From contig NIVC01003621.1 of assembly GCA_002269645.1 (NCBI GenBank), positions 23,014 to 87,013 on the forward strand: 64,000 bases of DNA, read 5' to 3'. Origin of the DNA: Macrostomum lignano. Its lineage: Eukaryota. This document shows, piece by piece, positions 1 through 13,351 of the stretch. Both the position numbers and the translations under genes were made by a program. Numbering within the stretch: the first letter of the stretch is position 1; each line of letters begins with the position of its first letter. Under the pieces are notes generated by a model. The model saw only the letters and a program-made list of their open reading frames with translations, did not search any database and was not told where the DNA came from.

Positions 1-757
1 GAAAAAAAGTATTTTAAAGTTTCTTGGTTTTAAATCAGTTAATCTAGAAAAGTTTACTTAACTTTATAAGGCCTATCATTAAATTGCGTGTATTTGTACT
101 TTTATATCCGCCACCAAGTTTCCGTTATAACTAGTGCGGAAGCTCATAATGAGATATGCAGGTGAAACCAATTGACAAAGCCAGGGCAGTGCACTATGCT
201 GTACAGAGGAAGCCTACAGGGCAGCAAAAATCAATGCCGAACCTTCCCTACGCCTACCGCGACCCGCTCCAACTCGGCCGAAAGTGAAGGAAGTTAGGGG
301 GGGGAGTGAGGGGAAGGAGGAGAATTGGGCAGTAAGACCGAGTACACTGGCTAATGGAATGGAACAGCTCGCAGGTAAGGCAGGCGGAACCGATGTAGCA
401 GTGGTTCGGTTGTTGGAACATTTGAATTTTTCGCCTGGCCTTCTGCTGCACGGCTCGGTTGGCTCGCGCGGAAGGTTAGAAAGTATAGAACGAAAGAAAT
501 ATGGGTTGGAATCCGATGGCTTCAGCTCCCCTAAGTCAGAGGGAAGGGTGAGGGGCCAGATGGCGTGGCTAGTTAACTGCGGACACGGTCTGGTGGCTAA
601 AAACGAAGAACGTCCAGCGCAGGTTTTTTTAAGGCTAGCAGTTTCTTCGCAACCATTTTTTGTTTCGTCTCTTTTCTGCAGATCCTTTTCGTTTTTCTGA
701 TACTCTTTTTTAAAAATTAATTGTGCTCTACCCGACCGTAGAACTACTGAGATCACG

Positions 758-3700
758 ATGAGTTCCGGAGGCGGCAGTAGGAGCTCCAGGATGGAGTCCA
801 GCACCACAACGCTGTCTCGACAGGTGTACAGGGGACTGTCGCCCAACAGCCAGTCGAGACTGGAGGTAATTCTTGGTGGTACATTTCCTAACTGTAAAAC
901 TCGCAATACTGGTTTTAATGCGTGGGTGACGAATAAACTGACGAATAGAGTAACTAATAGATTGACGAATAGAATAACTAGTAGAGTGACGGATAGAGTA
1001 ACTAGTAGAGTGACGAATAGAACAACTAGTAGAGTGACGGATAGAGTAACTAGTAGAGTGACGAATCGAGTAACTAGTAGAGTGACGGATAGAGTAACTA
1101 GTAGAGTGACGAATCGAGTAACTAGTAGAGTGACGGATAGAGTAACTAGTAGAGTGACGAATAGAACAACTAGTAGAGTGACGGATAGAGTAACTAGTAG
1201 AGTGACGAATCGAGTAACTAGTAGAGTGACGAATCGAGTAACTAGTAGAGTGACGAATCGAGTAACTAGTAGAGTGACGAATCGAGTAACTAGTAGAGTG
1301 ACGAATCGAGTAACTAGTAGAGTGACGAGTAGAGTAACTAGTAGAGTGACGAATATAGCAACTAGTAGAGTGACGAATATAGCAACTAGTAGAGTGACAA
1401 ATAGAACTATTACAGTGACAAAGTCTGTGATCGTTAGGGTACCAACAAGAATAGTAGTGGAGCTAGTGGCGTGCAAAAAGAGTGACCAGTAGGTCAAAGT
1501 GTCAACACCCTTTAGACAAAAGGATTAACTTCTTATTCTGCAAAATTGAACGCCCAACACCGCCACCGCAGACGAGGATCAAGGAGCTGGAGGATTTGCT
1601 CCAATTTGAGCGCGACGCGAGGGTTCGGGTAAGAAACTTCAGAACCGTATTTGTTTTTTGAACCTGATCTGCGAGCAGCATTCAAAGCTCGTAATATGAA
1701 TATTATTTTTTTCACCTTTCAGTCCGAGCGAGTGATCAACGAGTACAACTTCCAGCTGGAATCTGCTAACGAACGAATCGAAGAGGCCGACAACATCGCC
1801 TCTCAAGCTCAGGAGGCTGTGCGACGTCGCGAGCTTGATCTGCAAAAAGTTCGCAAAGAACTCGAAGCCGCGAACGCCCAGTTGGAGTCTCTCGAGGTCA
1901 GCATCAAGAAGAAGTACACCGTCAATATTGCCGAGCTCAATGACGAGGTTGACAGTCTGAGAAAATTGAAGACTCGTCTTGAGAAGGAGAAGACGGCGTT
2001 GCTGGGCGAGCTAGACAACCTGGGCGGACAGCTGGACCAGGCTATCAAGGCCAAGGTGAGACTGGATGGACAGGATCGAGGGACGAGTGGACAGGATGGA
2101 GTGACGGTTGGACAGGATGGAGTGACGAGTGGACAGGATGGAGTGACGAGTGGACAGGATGGAGTGACGAGTGGACAGGATGGAGTGACGAGTGGACAGG
2201 ATGGAGTGACGAGTGGATAGGATGGAGTGACGAGTGGACAGGATGGAGTGACGGGTGGACAGGATGGAGTGACGGGAGGACAGGATGGACAAGATTGGCA
2301 GACAAATGGGCATGACAAAGACTTGAATAGACAAGATGGAATATATATGCCAAGATAAGGTTCAGATTAGATGCACGGATGGACGTTAATGCACATTGGT
2401 CAATGACTCATTCAGACAGCCTAATTACCTTCACCCCCAACCCAGAACACCGTGGAATCCAAGCTGGAAGGCTACGATGCTCAACTGTCTCGGCTTCGTG
2501 CTCAAAACGACGAGCTGGCTGGGCAGCTTCGCTCAATGCAAGAGTCCCAGAGCCGGCTGCAGGCCGAGAACAGCCAACTGCAGCGAGCTGCTCACGACGC
2601 CGAGTCGCAGGTGTCCGGACTGTCCAAGGCCAGGTCGTCGCTGCAGGCCCAGCTCGAAGAGATGAAGAAGACGCTGGATGAGGAATCTCGAGTGAGTTTA
2701 CCTGGGTTCGATTTCCACACGAATTTGACCATCCCTAGGTACATCTCATCCCTATACTGCTTGACATGACTCCTATCTGGCTGCGGGTCGACTGACTTGT
2801 TTTCTATACTCTATACTTTCTACTTATTAGTAGACGAACTCCGACATTATTCACCGCAAGGTTAAGCTATTTGTCTTCGGTTAGTCTGCCGCTAAAAACG
2901 CTGCTTGCGTCAATTATTCTTTAAGCTTAAGGCATCCTGAGCGAGTAGCTTATTTATAGTGATTTTATTAAAATTCTAGAGACAAAATGAAGAACTACTT
3001 AGCTCATAGTAAGAATCTCTTCGGCTTGTTACGATTACCACTTTAGTAGTAAACGGAGCCCTACTAAAATTCGATTTCCAGTCGCGAAGCAACCTGCAAA
3101 CGCAGTTTATGACGCTGCAGCAGGAGTATTACAATCTGCAGTCCAAATACGACGAAGAAAGTGAAGAGGCCGCTTCGTTGAGGGTGCAAATCAACAAACT
3201 CAACTCCGAGTTGACCACCCTACGTTCAAAGTACGAGAGGGACTTTGTTAGCCGAGTGGAAGAGTTCGAGGAAGTCAAGTGAGTTTGTTTTCAACTTGTC
3301 CAGCTTCCAGTTGTCCTAGACTAGTAGCCCTTCAACTTGACTTTGACTTGAGTGCTACGAAATTTCCCTGCACCTCGCAGACGCAAGCTGACAGTGAAAG
3401 TCACCGAGCTGGAAGACGTCGCCGAGCGCGAGCGCAGCCGGGCGAACAACATGGACAGGTCGCGTCAGCAGCTGCTAGCCGAGCTCAAGGCCTTGCAGGG
3501 AGACACGGACGCGCTACAGGTTAGCTTACGTGGATTATTGAAATCGTTGATGCTCTAAACTGTCACTAAAATTTGTCGATTCTCCAAAAAACACGCAGGC
3601 CGCCAACGCTGAGCTGGCCTCCCAGGTGAAACAGTCGGAGGCCACGGTGAGCCAGTTGACGGTGCGAATCGAGGAGCTCACCTCCGAGAGCGCTTCGCTG

Positions 3701-6700
3701 CAAGCCACTCTGCAGTCTCAACAAGCCGAGCTGGCCAAGCTGCGCAAATCGTTGAAATCGGCAGACGACCGCATCGCCCAGCTGGAGCGGGACAATGCCC
3801 AGCTGGCCGGCAGCCTCAAGGAGGCCAACTCGGCCAATCGCGACCTGACCAGACGCCTGGCCGACTCCGACGCGGCCAGAGCCGAGGCCGAAGCGGCACG
3901 AGACTCGTTCGCCAGCTCTCTGCGCGACGCCGAGGAGGCTGTGCGCGAGCTGACGCAGAAGCAGGCGGCCACCGCCGATGCCCTCGCCCGCCTGCGCTCG
4001 GATCTGGAAACTCGCCTGGCCGAGAAGGAGTCCGAGCTGGAGAGTCTCCGGCGGAGCAGCCAGCGCACTGTTGAGGAGCTGCAGGCGGCGTTGAACGACT
4101 CGGATGCGAAGCACAAATCGGAGGTTAACAGGCTGAGGAAGCACCTGGAATCTACCGTGCTGGACTTGGAGTCCCAGATTGACGTGGCCAATCGTGCCAA
4201 CCAGGTTGGTAACTAGCAACAAAATCTTATACGATCAAGCACCTATGATTTCTTCAACACATTGAGTTGATGGGGTTTTAGTCTTGTGGATAGAGCGTCG
4301 GACTCACGACTGAAAGCTTGGAAATTCGATTTTCGACCCACTTAGAACAATTTAAGTCCTTGAGCAAGACACTTAATGCCAGCATTAGCTGAGGTAATTG
4401 AAAGTGGGTGTGGAGACCCACCAGTCCTTGGACTGAACAGCCGTATGCAGCCTTTAGATGCGCCACGCAATAGCTGCGGCTGAGCTGTCGGTTGAACATT
4501 AAAGCAGACGTAATCAATTATTATCATTATTACTTATGTGTTACTTCTTGTTCTGATTTTATTGAAATCTATTATTTTACAAGATAGCCTAAAAAGGCCA
4601 GACACTCTGCTTAGGGAACTCGTGGTTTGGTACATCACGAGGAGCCTCTCGTGTGTTTGATTTGTTAGTTGCGGCGAGGGGATGTTAAGTTCTACAGGAA
4701 CTGTGCTGGACGCGTGGTTACCAAGAAACTACTGTGCACTTTACCATTCTCAACACAATCGCAGAACCTGGCCAAGGAGAACAAGACCCTGCTGACGCGC
4801 ATTCAGGAGCTGGAGGCTCTGCTAGAGGATGAGCGACGAGCCAACGAGGTGTCCCAGGGCGCGCTCTCGGCCAGCGAGAAGCGTCGCTCGGCGCTCCAGT
4901 CGGAGCTCAATGAGCTTCGCACAATCTGCGAGACAGCCGAGCGCGGCCGGAAGAAGGCCGAATCCGAACTGCAGGACGTCAGCGTTCGCATCAGCGAGCT
5001 GACCATGCAGCTGCAGACGTCTGGCAACGAGAGGCGCCGGCTGGAAGGCGAGCTGGCCTCGCTCAGGTCCGAGCTGGAGGACGCTCAGAGCGGCCGGGCT
5101 GCCGAACTGGACCGGGCCAACCGGCTCGCTGGAGAGGTGCAACGCCTGGCCGACGAGTTGCGGGCCGAGCAGGAGAACTACCGGGTGGCCGAGGGGCTGC
5201 GGCGCCAGCTGGAGGTGCGCGGAAAATCGTTTGCTTCGAGAAGAAACACAGCTTCTAGAAAAATAGACTGCTTTCAGAAGCAACTCCGATAAGATTGGCA
5301 AAGGATACTCTTCTGATGGAATCCTTTCTATGAATCCCCCTTAGAAGAACCCTCACGGAGTTGCTCACGAAGGGAGCTCTCTTCATTCTTTTACTCGTAA
5401 AAAGCAATGTGTTTCTTTTGGAAGCAGTGATCTGGTTCTTCTAGAAATCAAGTATTGCTTCTTCTGGAAGGGGAAAGGATTTTTTTTCAAAGGCCGAGTA
5501 TACTATAGCAGAGTCATCAGGTTCCAATCCGATCCCGCATAAAGCATTTTCATACGCATATCCAACTGGCATCCGTGTATTCGTTTTTAATGACATATTC
5601 TAAAACCGGAAGCAAGCCGGAAGCCAAAAATGGACGAGTGGGTAAAAGGCGGATGTTCGATTTCGTCTAACGACGTTTCTGGAATATAATTCAGAAAAAC
5701 TTCAGAATCCAAGAGTCAATGCGTCATACTCACGAAAACTAACCCCCCTTCCCCTACCAAAAAGATTGAAATTCGAGAAGTGACGGTCAAACTCGAAGAG
5801 TCGGAGTCGCTAGCCTCGCGCGAGAGCAAACGCATCGCCCAGCGACTGCAGGAGCGAGTCCGGGAGCTCGAGGCTGAGCTCGAAGCTGAACAGCGACGGG
5901 CTCGCGAGTTCCAGGCGATCGTTAAGAAAATGGAACGCCAGGTTAAGGAGGCCCTCGCCCAAGCTGAGGAGGAGCGGCTGGTTAACATCGAGTTGCACGA
6001 CCTATTGGGCAAGGCGCAGCTTAAGATCAAGGCTTACAAACGGCAGGTGGAAGAGTCGGTAAGTGCGGGTTGGGCGACTGATTAGCTCCAGAAAAGAGGG
6101 GTATCTGTAGAACTAAAGAAAATAAACAGCATTCGTGCCAGAAAAGCGCCTGTACGACGTAAAAAGCAAGAATAGCGTGTCAATGTCAGGAATGTTAGCA
6201 TCAGACGCGGAAGCGTCAGTAAAAACTAACATTAAGCGTCGAAATGAAACGTCAGGAAAGCGCAAAATTGTGTCAGAGGCAGGAAAGTGCCAACATAAGG
6301 TGCCAGGAGTTCCGTGTCAGAGGCAGGAAAGTGCCAACATAAGTGTCAGGAGTTCCGTGTCAGAGGCAGGAAACTGACAACAGGAAGCGTTGCTTTCAGT
6401 TGTCAGGCAGTTCAAGCATGTTCTAGTAAAAGAATATTCAATAGCAAAACCATCCCAACTCGCTGGAATATCCACCTGGAACTCCCAGGAGGAGGCCTCG
6501 GCTGCGGCCATCAGCAAGTACCGCAAAGCGCAGCAGGTGGCCGAAGAGGCCGAGCACCGAGCCGAAGTGGCCGAGCGCACAATGTCGGTGCGCAGCGGCG
6601 GCAGCGGCGGAACCGTCATCAGGTCGATCAGCGTTACCCGCGAGATGAACAGCAGCAGCTCGTCCGGGCACAAGCTGAGCAGCCGGGCTTCCAATGCTGT

Positions 6701-6704
6701 TTGA
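758..6704 (+). CDS. Prm: Paramyosin, 10 exons, 881 aa
   Basis: Exons 758-865, 1572-1628, 1723-2055, 2446-2691, 3082-3278, 3381-3519, 3599-4204, 4765-5214, 5765-6058, 6489-6704. All introns are GT-AG and the exons sum to 2646 nt in frame. N-terminal VYRGLSP..SRLE-TRIKELEDLL, a long coiled coil and C-terminal KYRKAQQVAEEAEHRAEVAER match flatworm paramyosin as I recall it. Confidence 0.93.
925..1410. repeat. 24-bp (2x12) minisatellite in paramyosin intron 1
   Basis: Tandem agagtaactagt-agagtgacgaat variants; produces the spurious ORFs 214..1497 and the tail of 758..1492. Confidence 0.9.
2060..2295. repeat. 21-bp minisatellite in paramyosin intron 3
   Basis: Tandem ggacaggatggagtgacgagt, about 10 copies. 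Confidence 0.9.
4279..4532 (+). mobile_element. tRNA-derived SINE, copy 1 (internally deleted), in paramyosin intron 7
   Basis: tRNA-like head gtggatagagcgtcggactcacgactgaaag..ttcgat, then ccttgagcaagacacttaa and an (ATT)-rich tail. Homologous to the reverse complement of 46780-46992. Confidence 0.75.
6265..6380. repeat. Short imperfect tandem repeat in paramyosin intron 9
   Basis: gtgtcagaggcaggaaagtgccaacataag recurs 2-3 times. Confidence 0.6.
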
Positions 6705-8154
6705 GCTTGCTCGTTAAAGCTAAAAACATCACGGTTCGAACTTGGCCCAGATCTTTTGCTGTACCTTTCAAAATTTAATCAACTAATTTATTATTTATTA
6801 TCCTTTTAATTTCTGTCGCGTGCTTCGCGATCCTCTTTTTCATTTTTCTTAACCGATTTTGGTCAAAACTACTACATGTATTATTTATTATTAGGATATT
6901 AATCCGTTTAACCGCGCTACTAACGAGTAGCGAGAGTTGAAAATTTCGTTTGAAAATTTGCAAATTTCTTCATACAAATGAACATATTTTGCAGTACTTT
7001 TCGAAGGTCGAACTGTTCTAATTTTATCTATGCTCCTAAATAGCTGTAATTCTATCATCCACCTTTAGCTAATTATTCAAAACGAAAATTTTCGCTTGTC
7101 CGTTACCTTGTAATTCTGATCCTCTTAATACCGTCGATATAGCAATTCTTTTTATTAAAACTGACAAATTAACCAACGTTTGTGCCCAATTAATTAATGC
7201 TCCCGACGCGCCCGTTTAACTTTGACCGTTTATATTTGCGCTCGCAGTTCAGGATCTCTCGCTCATCTGATATTGGTCGTCTCTCAATACAACTGTTTTT
7301 ATCTTCCTTCTTTTCTATTGGCTGCGAGCTCTTCGTTGCGTCTTTTTACCCTTCTCACCCTCTAGCCAATGAATGTCCACCTAGGGCCGGAGATAGATTG
7401 CTGAATTCTCATTGGCTGGAGAAGGAAGAAGTTGAAGTCATAGCACACTAGGATTTCGCAGCCAATCAAAATGAAGCGTAACGGTTCAGAAGAGACCTAC
7501 CTTTGAAGCCTTTGTATTGATCGCTGACCAAGGAGAGACCAAAAACTTTTTAATCAGTTTGCTGCTCTACAAAATGCTCATCTTACAATATGCTTTTCAC
7601 TGCAAACTACGGCTACGCAAAAAGTTTAGCTTATTATATTTTTTAATTTGCTAATTGCTTAAGTTTCCTACCGCTAGTCAATTTTGAACTTGCCGTAACC
7701 ATAGTTACTGAAAAATATTCACTCATCTAAGACACTATAGTCAATTGCTTTTGTATTACACCCTTAGACAGTATTGTACTGGTGTATCAATTATAGTAAT
7801 ATACGGGCTTATAACTAACTAACTTTTAGTTATCTAATGTAGCATCAAACAGATAATTTAATAAAAAACAAAATTTACAGCTTCATCAATTGCCCCTTAG
7901 ACCCACCCATTCAATTAGATTTTTTTTCTTTTTTAATCCACTTAATCTACATGTAATACCTGCCTTTTAGAAATAAACCAAATTCATGCTTAAACGATAA
8001 TAAAATTACTATCTAGTCTTGTCTTTTCACCGAATTAATCACTTTATCACGTAGTTTGATTTCTTGTGCCATTACATACATAATAGTTATTGTTTTAGAT
8101 AGCTTTATTCAGTAGTACGCGTAAGTGAAAAGAGTTGCAGGTGTATGAAGAAGA

Positions 8155-9710
8155 CGATGAGATTATAGAATAAGAGGATGAGATTATAGGATAAGAGGAT
8201 GAGATTATAGAATAGGAGGATGAGATTATAGGATAATAGAATGAGATTATAGAATAGGAGGATGAGATTATAGAATAGGAGGATGAGATTATAGAATAGG
8301 AGGATGAGATTATAGGATAATATAATGAGATTATAGAATAAGAGGATGAGATTATAGAATAGGAGGATGAGATTATAGGATAATAGAATGAGATTATAGA
8401 ATAGGAGGATGAGATTATAGGATAAGAGGATGAGATTATAGAATAGGAGGATGAGATTATAGAATAGGAGGATGAGATTATAGAATAAGAGGATGAGATT
8501 ATAGGATAATAGAATGAGATTATAGAATAAGAGGATGAGATTATAGAATAAGAGGATGAGATTATAGAATAGGAGGATGAGATTATAGGATAAGAGGATG
8601 AGATTATAGAATAGGAGGATGAGATTATAGGATAATAGAATGATATTATAGAATAGGAGGATGAGATTATAGAATAGGAGGATGAGATTATAGGATAATA
8701 TAATGAGATTATAGAATAAGAGGATGAGATTATAGAATAGGAGGATGAGATTATAGGATAATAGAATGAGATTATAGAATAAGAGGATGAGATTATAGAA
8801 TAGGAGGATGAGATTATAGGATAATAGAATGAGATTATAGAATAGGAGGATGAGATTATAGGATAAGAGGATGAGATTATAGAATAGGAGGATGAGATTA
8901 TAGAATAGGAGGATGAGATTATAGAATAAGAGGATGAGATTATAGGATAATAGAATGAGATTATAGAATAAGAGGATGAGATTATAGAATAAGAGGATGA
9001 GATTATAGGATAAGAGGATGAGATTATAGGATAAGAGGATGAGATTATAGAATAAGAGGATGAGATTATAGGATAATAGAATGAGATTATAGAATAGGAG
9101 GATGAGATTATAGGATAAGAGGATGAGATTATAGGATAAGAGGATGAGATTATAGGATAAGAGGATGAGATTATAGGATAAGAGGATGAGATTATAGAAT
9201 AAGAGGATGAGATTATAGGATAAGAGGATGAGATTATAGGATAAGAGGATGAGATTATAGGATAAGAGGATGAGATTATAGAATAAGAGGATGAGATTAT
9301 AGGATAATATAATGAGATTATAGAATAAGAGGATGAGATTATAGGATAATATAATGAGATTATAGAATAGGAGGATGAGATTATAGGATAAGAGGATGAG
9401 AATATAGAATAAGAGGATGAGATTATAGGATAATAGAATGAGATTATAGAATAGGAGGATGAGATTATAGGATAAGAGGATGAGATTATAGGATAATAGA
9501 ATGAGATTATAGAATAGGAGGATGAGATTATAGGATAAGAGGATGAGATTATAGGATAAGAGGATGAGATTATAGGATAATAGAATGAGATTATAGAATA
9601 AGAGGATCAGATTATAGGATAATAGAATGAGATTATAGAATAAGAGGATCAGATTATAGGATAATAGAATGAGATTATAGAATAGGAGGATGAGATTATA
9701 GGATAGAAGG
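8155..9710. repeat. 21-bp minisatellite, about 1.55 kb
   Basis: Tandem gagattatagaataagaggat variants; source of the spurious 556-aa YNLILL ORF. Confidence 0.95.
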
Positions 9711-10217
9711 AGGAGAGTATTGAATAAGAGGATGATATTAACTGTGACTAGCCATCTGCAGGTAAAACAAAACAAATAAGATTAACTAAAAGAATCATCA
9801 AAAGTTGCACTATTGGTTGAGAAGCTTATTAAAACAAAATCAAGGTGTTTTTATTAAATTTGACAAAGTTAGTAGTGCACTAAAGCGAAAAAAACTTATT
9901 CAAACGTTCAGACAACGATACTATACTACTGTATGATACTTTGAAATTGATAAATAGTTTCATAATTCTTAGTATATGGACATAAAAATCAAGGGAATAC
10001 TCGTAGTTAAGAAATTCTTAGTTAAAAATTCTTCTTAAAATTTGCGATGGTAATGAATGTTCTGACAGGATCTCACAGTAGACTTTTTAAAGCAGCGTTT
10101 TTTAAAATGCTTTGTATTAAAGCAAATACTAAAAGTGACTCTTAATCACTGGTTTAATTTAGCAGGATTTGTACTAAAGCTACGGCTTTAATTTTTGTAG
10201 TACAGTAACCGGCAATC

Positions 10218-13215
10218 TACTGTAACACACTCTGTAACTATCCACTGTAACACATTCTGTAACTATCCACTGTAACACACTCTGTAACTATCCACTGTAA
10301 CACATTCTGTAACTATCCACTGTAACACACTCTGTAACTATCCACTGTAACACATTCTGTAACTATCCACTGTAACATACTCTGTAACTATCCACTGTAA
10401 CACATTCTGTAACTATCCACTGTAACACATTCTGTAACTATCCACTGTAACACATTCTGTAACTATCCACTGTAACACATTCTGTAACTATCCACTGTAA
10501 CATACTCTGTAACTATCCACTGTAACACATTCTGTAACTATCCACTGTAACACATTCTGTAACTATCCACTGTAACACATTCTGTAACTATCCACTGTAA
10601 CATACTCTGTAACTATCCACTGTAACACATTCTGTAACTATCCACTGTAACACATTCTGTAACTATCCACTGTAACACATTCTGTAACTATCCACTGTAA
10701 CATACTCTGTAACTATCCACTGTAACACATTCTGTAACTATCCACTGTAACACATTCTGTAACTATCAACTGTAACACATTCTGTAACCATCCACTGTAA
10801 CACACTCTGTAACTATCCACTGTAACACATTCTGTAACTATCCACTGTAACACATTCTGTAACTATCCACTGTAACACATTCTGTAACTATCCACTGTAA
10901 CATACTCTGTAACTATCCACTGTAACACATTCTGTAACTATCCACTGTAACACATTCTGTAACTAATCCACTGTAACACATTCTGTAACTATCCACTGTA
11001 ACACATTCTGTAACTTTCACTGTAACATACTCTGTAACTATCCACTGTAACACATTCTGTAACTATCCACTGTAACATACTCTGTAACTATTCACTGTAA
11101 CACATTCTGTAACTATCCACTGTAACACATTCTGTAACTATCCACTGTAACACATTCTGTAACTATCCACTGTAACATACTCTGTAACTATCCACTGTAA
11201 CACATTCTGTAACTATCCACTGTAACACATTCTGTAACTATCCACTGTAACACATTCTGTAACTATCCACTGTAACACATTCTGTAACTATCCACTGTAA
11301 CACATTCTGTAACTATCCACTGTAACACATTCTGTAACTATCCACTGTAACACATTCTGTAACTTTCACTGTAACACATTCTGTAACTATCCATTGTAAC
11401 ACATTCTGTAACTAATCCACTGTAACACATTCTGTAACTGTCCACTGTAACACATTCTGTAACTTTCCACTGTAACACACTCTGTAACTATCCACTGTAA
11501 CACACTCTGTAACTATCCACTGTAACACATTCTGTAACTATCCACTGTAACACACTCTGTAACTATCCACTGTAACACATTCTGTAACTATCTACTGTAA
11601 CACACTCTGTAACTATCCACTGTAACACATTCTGTAACTATCCACTGTAACACACTCTGTAACTATCCACTGTAACACATTCTGTAACTATCCACTGTAA
11701 CACATTCTGTAACTATCCACTGTAACACACTCTGTAACTATCAACTGTAACACATTCAGTAACTATCCACTGTAACACATTCTGTAACTATCCACTGTAA
11801 CATACTCTGTAACTATCCACTGTAACACATTCTGTAACTATCCACTGTAACACATTCTGTAACTATCCACTGTAACACATTCTGTAACTATCCACTGTAA
11901 CACATTCTGTAACTATCCACTGTAACATACTCTGTAACTATCCACTGTAACACATTCTGTAACTATCCACTGTAACACATTCTGTAACTATCCACTGTAA
12001 CACATTCTGTAACTATCCACTGTAACATACTCTGTAACTATCCACTGTAACACATTCTGTAACTATCCACTGTAACACATTCTGTAACTATCCACTGTAA
12101 CACATTCTGTAACTATCCACTGTAACATACTCTGTAACTATCCACTGTAACACATTCTGTAACTATCCACTGTAACACATTCTGTAACTATCAACTGTAA
12201 CACATTCTGTAACCATCCACTGTAACACACTCTGTAACTATCCACTGTAACACATTCAGTAACTATCCACTGTAACACATTCTGTAACTATCCACTGTAA
12301 CACATTCTGTAACTATCCACTGTAACATACTCTGTAACTATCCACTGTAACACATTCTGTAACTATCCACTGTAACACATTCTGTAACTAATCCACTGTA
12401 ACACATTCTGTAACTATCCACTGTAACACATTCTGTAACTTTCACTGTAACATACTCTGTAACTATCCACTGTAACACATTCTGTAACTATCCACTGTAA
12501 CATACTCTGTAACTATTCACTGTAACACATTCTGTAACTATCCACTGTAACACATTCTGTAACTATCCACTGTAACACATTCTGTAACTATCCACTGTAA
12601 CATACTCTGTAACTATCCACTGTAACACATTCTGTAACTATCCACTGTAACACATTCTGTAACTATCCACTGTAACACATTCTGTAACTATCCACTGTAA
12701 CACATTCTGTAACTATCCACTGTAACACATTCTGTAACTATCCACTGTAACACATTCTGTAACTATCCACTGTAACACATTCTGTAACTTTCACTGTAAC
12801 ACATTCTGTAACTATCCATTGTAACACATTCTGTAACTAATCCACTGTAACACATTCTGTAACTGTCCACTGTAACACATTCTGTAACTTTCCACTGTAA
12901 CACACTCTGTAACTATCCACTGTAACACATTCTGTAACTATCCACTGTAACACACTCTGTAACTATCCACTGTAACACACTCTGTAACTATCCACTGTAA
13001 CACACTCTGTAAATATCGACTGTAACACACTCTGTAACTATCCACTGTAACACACTCTGTAACTATCCACTGTAACACACTCTGTAACTATCCACTGTAA
13101 CACACTCTGTAAATATCGACTGTAACACACTCTGTAACTATCCACTGTAACACACTCTGTAAATATCGACTGTATCACATTCTGTATTTTTGCACTGTAA
13201 CACATTTTGTAACTA
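10218..13215. repeat. 25-bp satellite, about 3 kb, with higher-order duplication
   Basis: Tandem tccactgtaacacattctgtaacta, about 120 units; rare variants recur at a 1425-bp offset. Confidence 0.95.
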
Positions 13216-13351
13216 TTAATCATTTACACAGCATTTTTAGTCGAAATATTTACTGCATGGCTTTAAAACTGCATAGCTTTAATATGATCATTATTCGTAT
13301 TAGAATGCTAGGAACATTCACTTTCAATGCAATACCTGAAAGTCACAAGCT

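Noticed and set aside
284-700. 138-aa ORF upstream of paramyosin
   Set aside because: No recognisable motif or splice context; likely promoter or 5' non-coding DNA.
3566-5301. Minus-strand ORFs over paramyosin exons
   Set aside because: Antisense shadows of GC-rich coiled-coil codons, with no independent motifs.
8105-9775. Long repetitive ORFs (also 214..1497, 14066..16712, 24774..25919, 30631..31733, 40998..42647)
   Set aside because: They are translations of stop-free satellites, mostly intronic and open in several frames.
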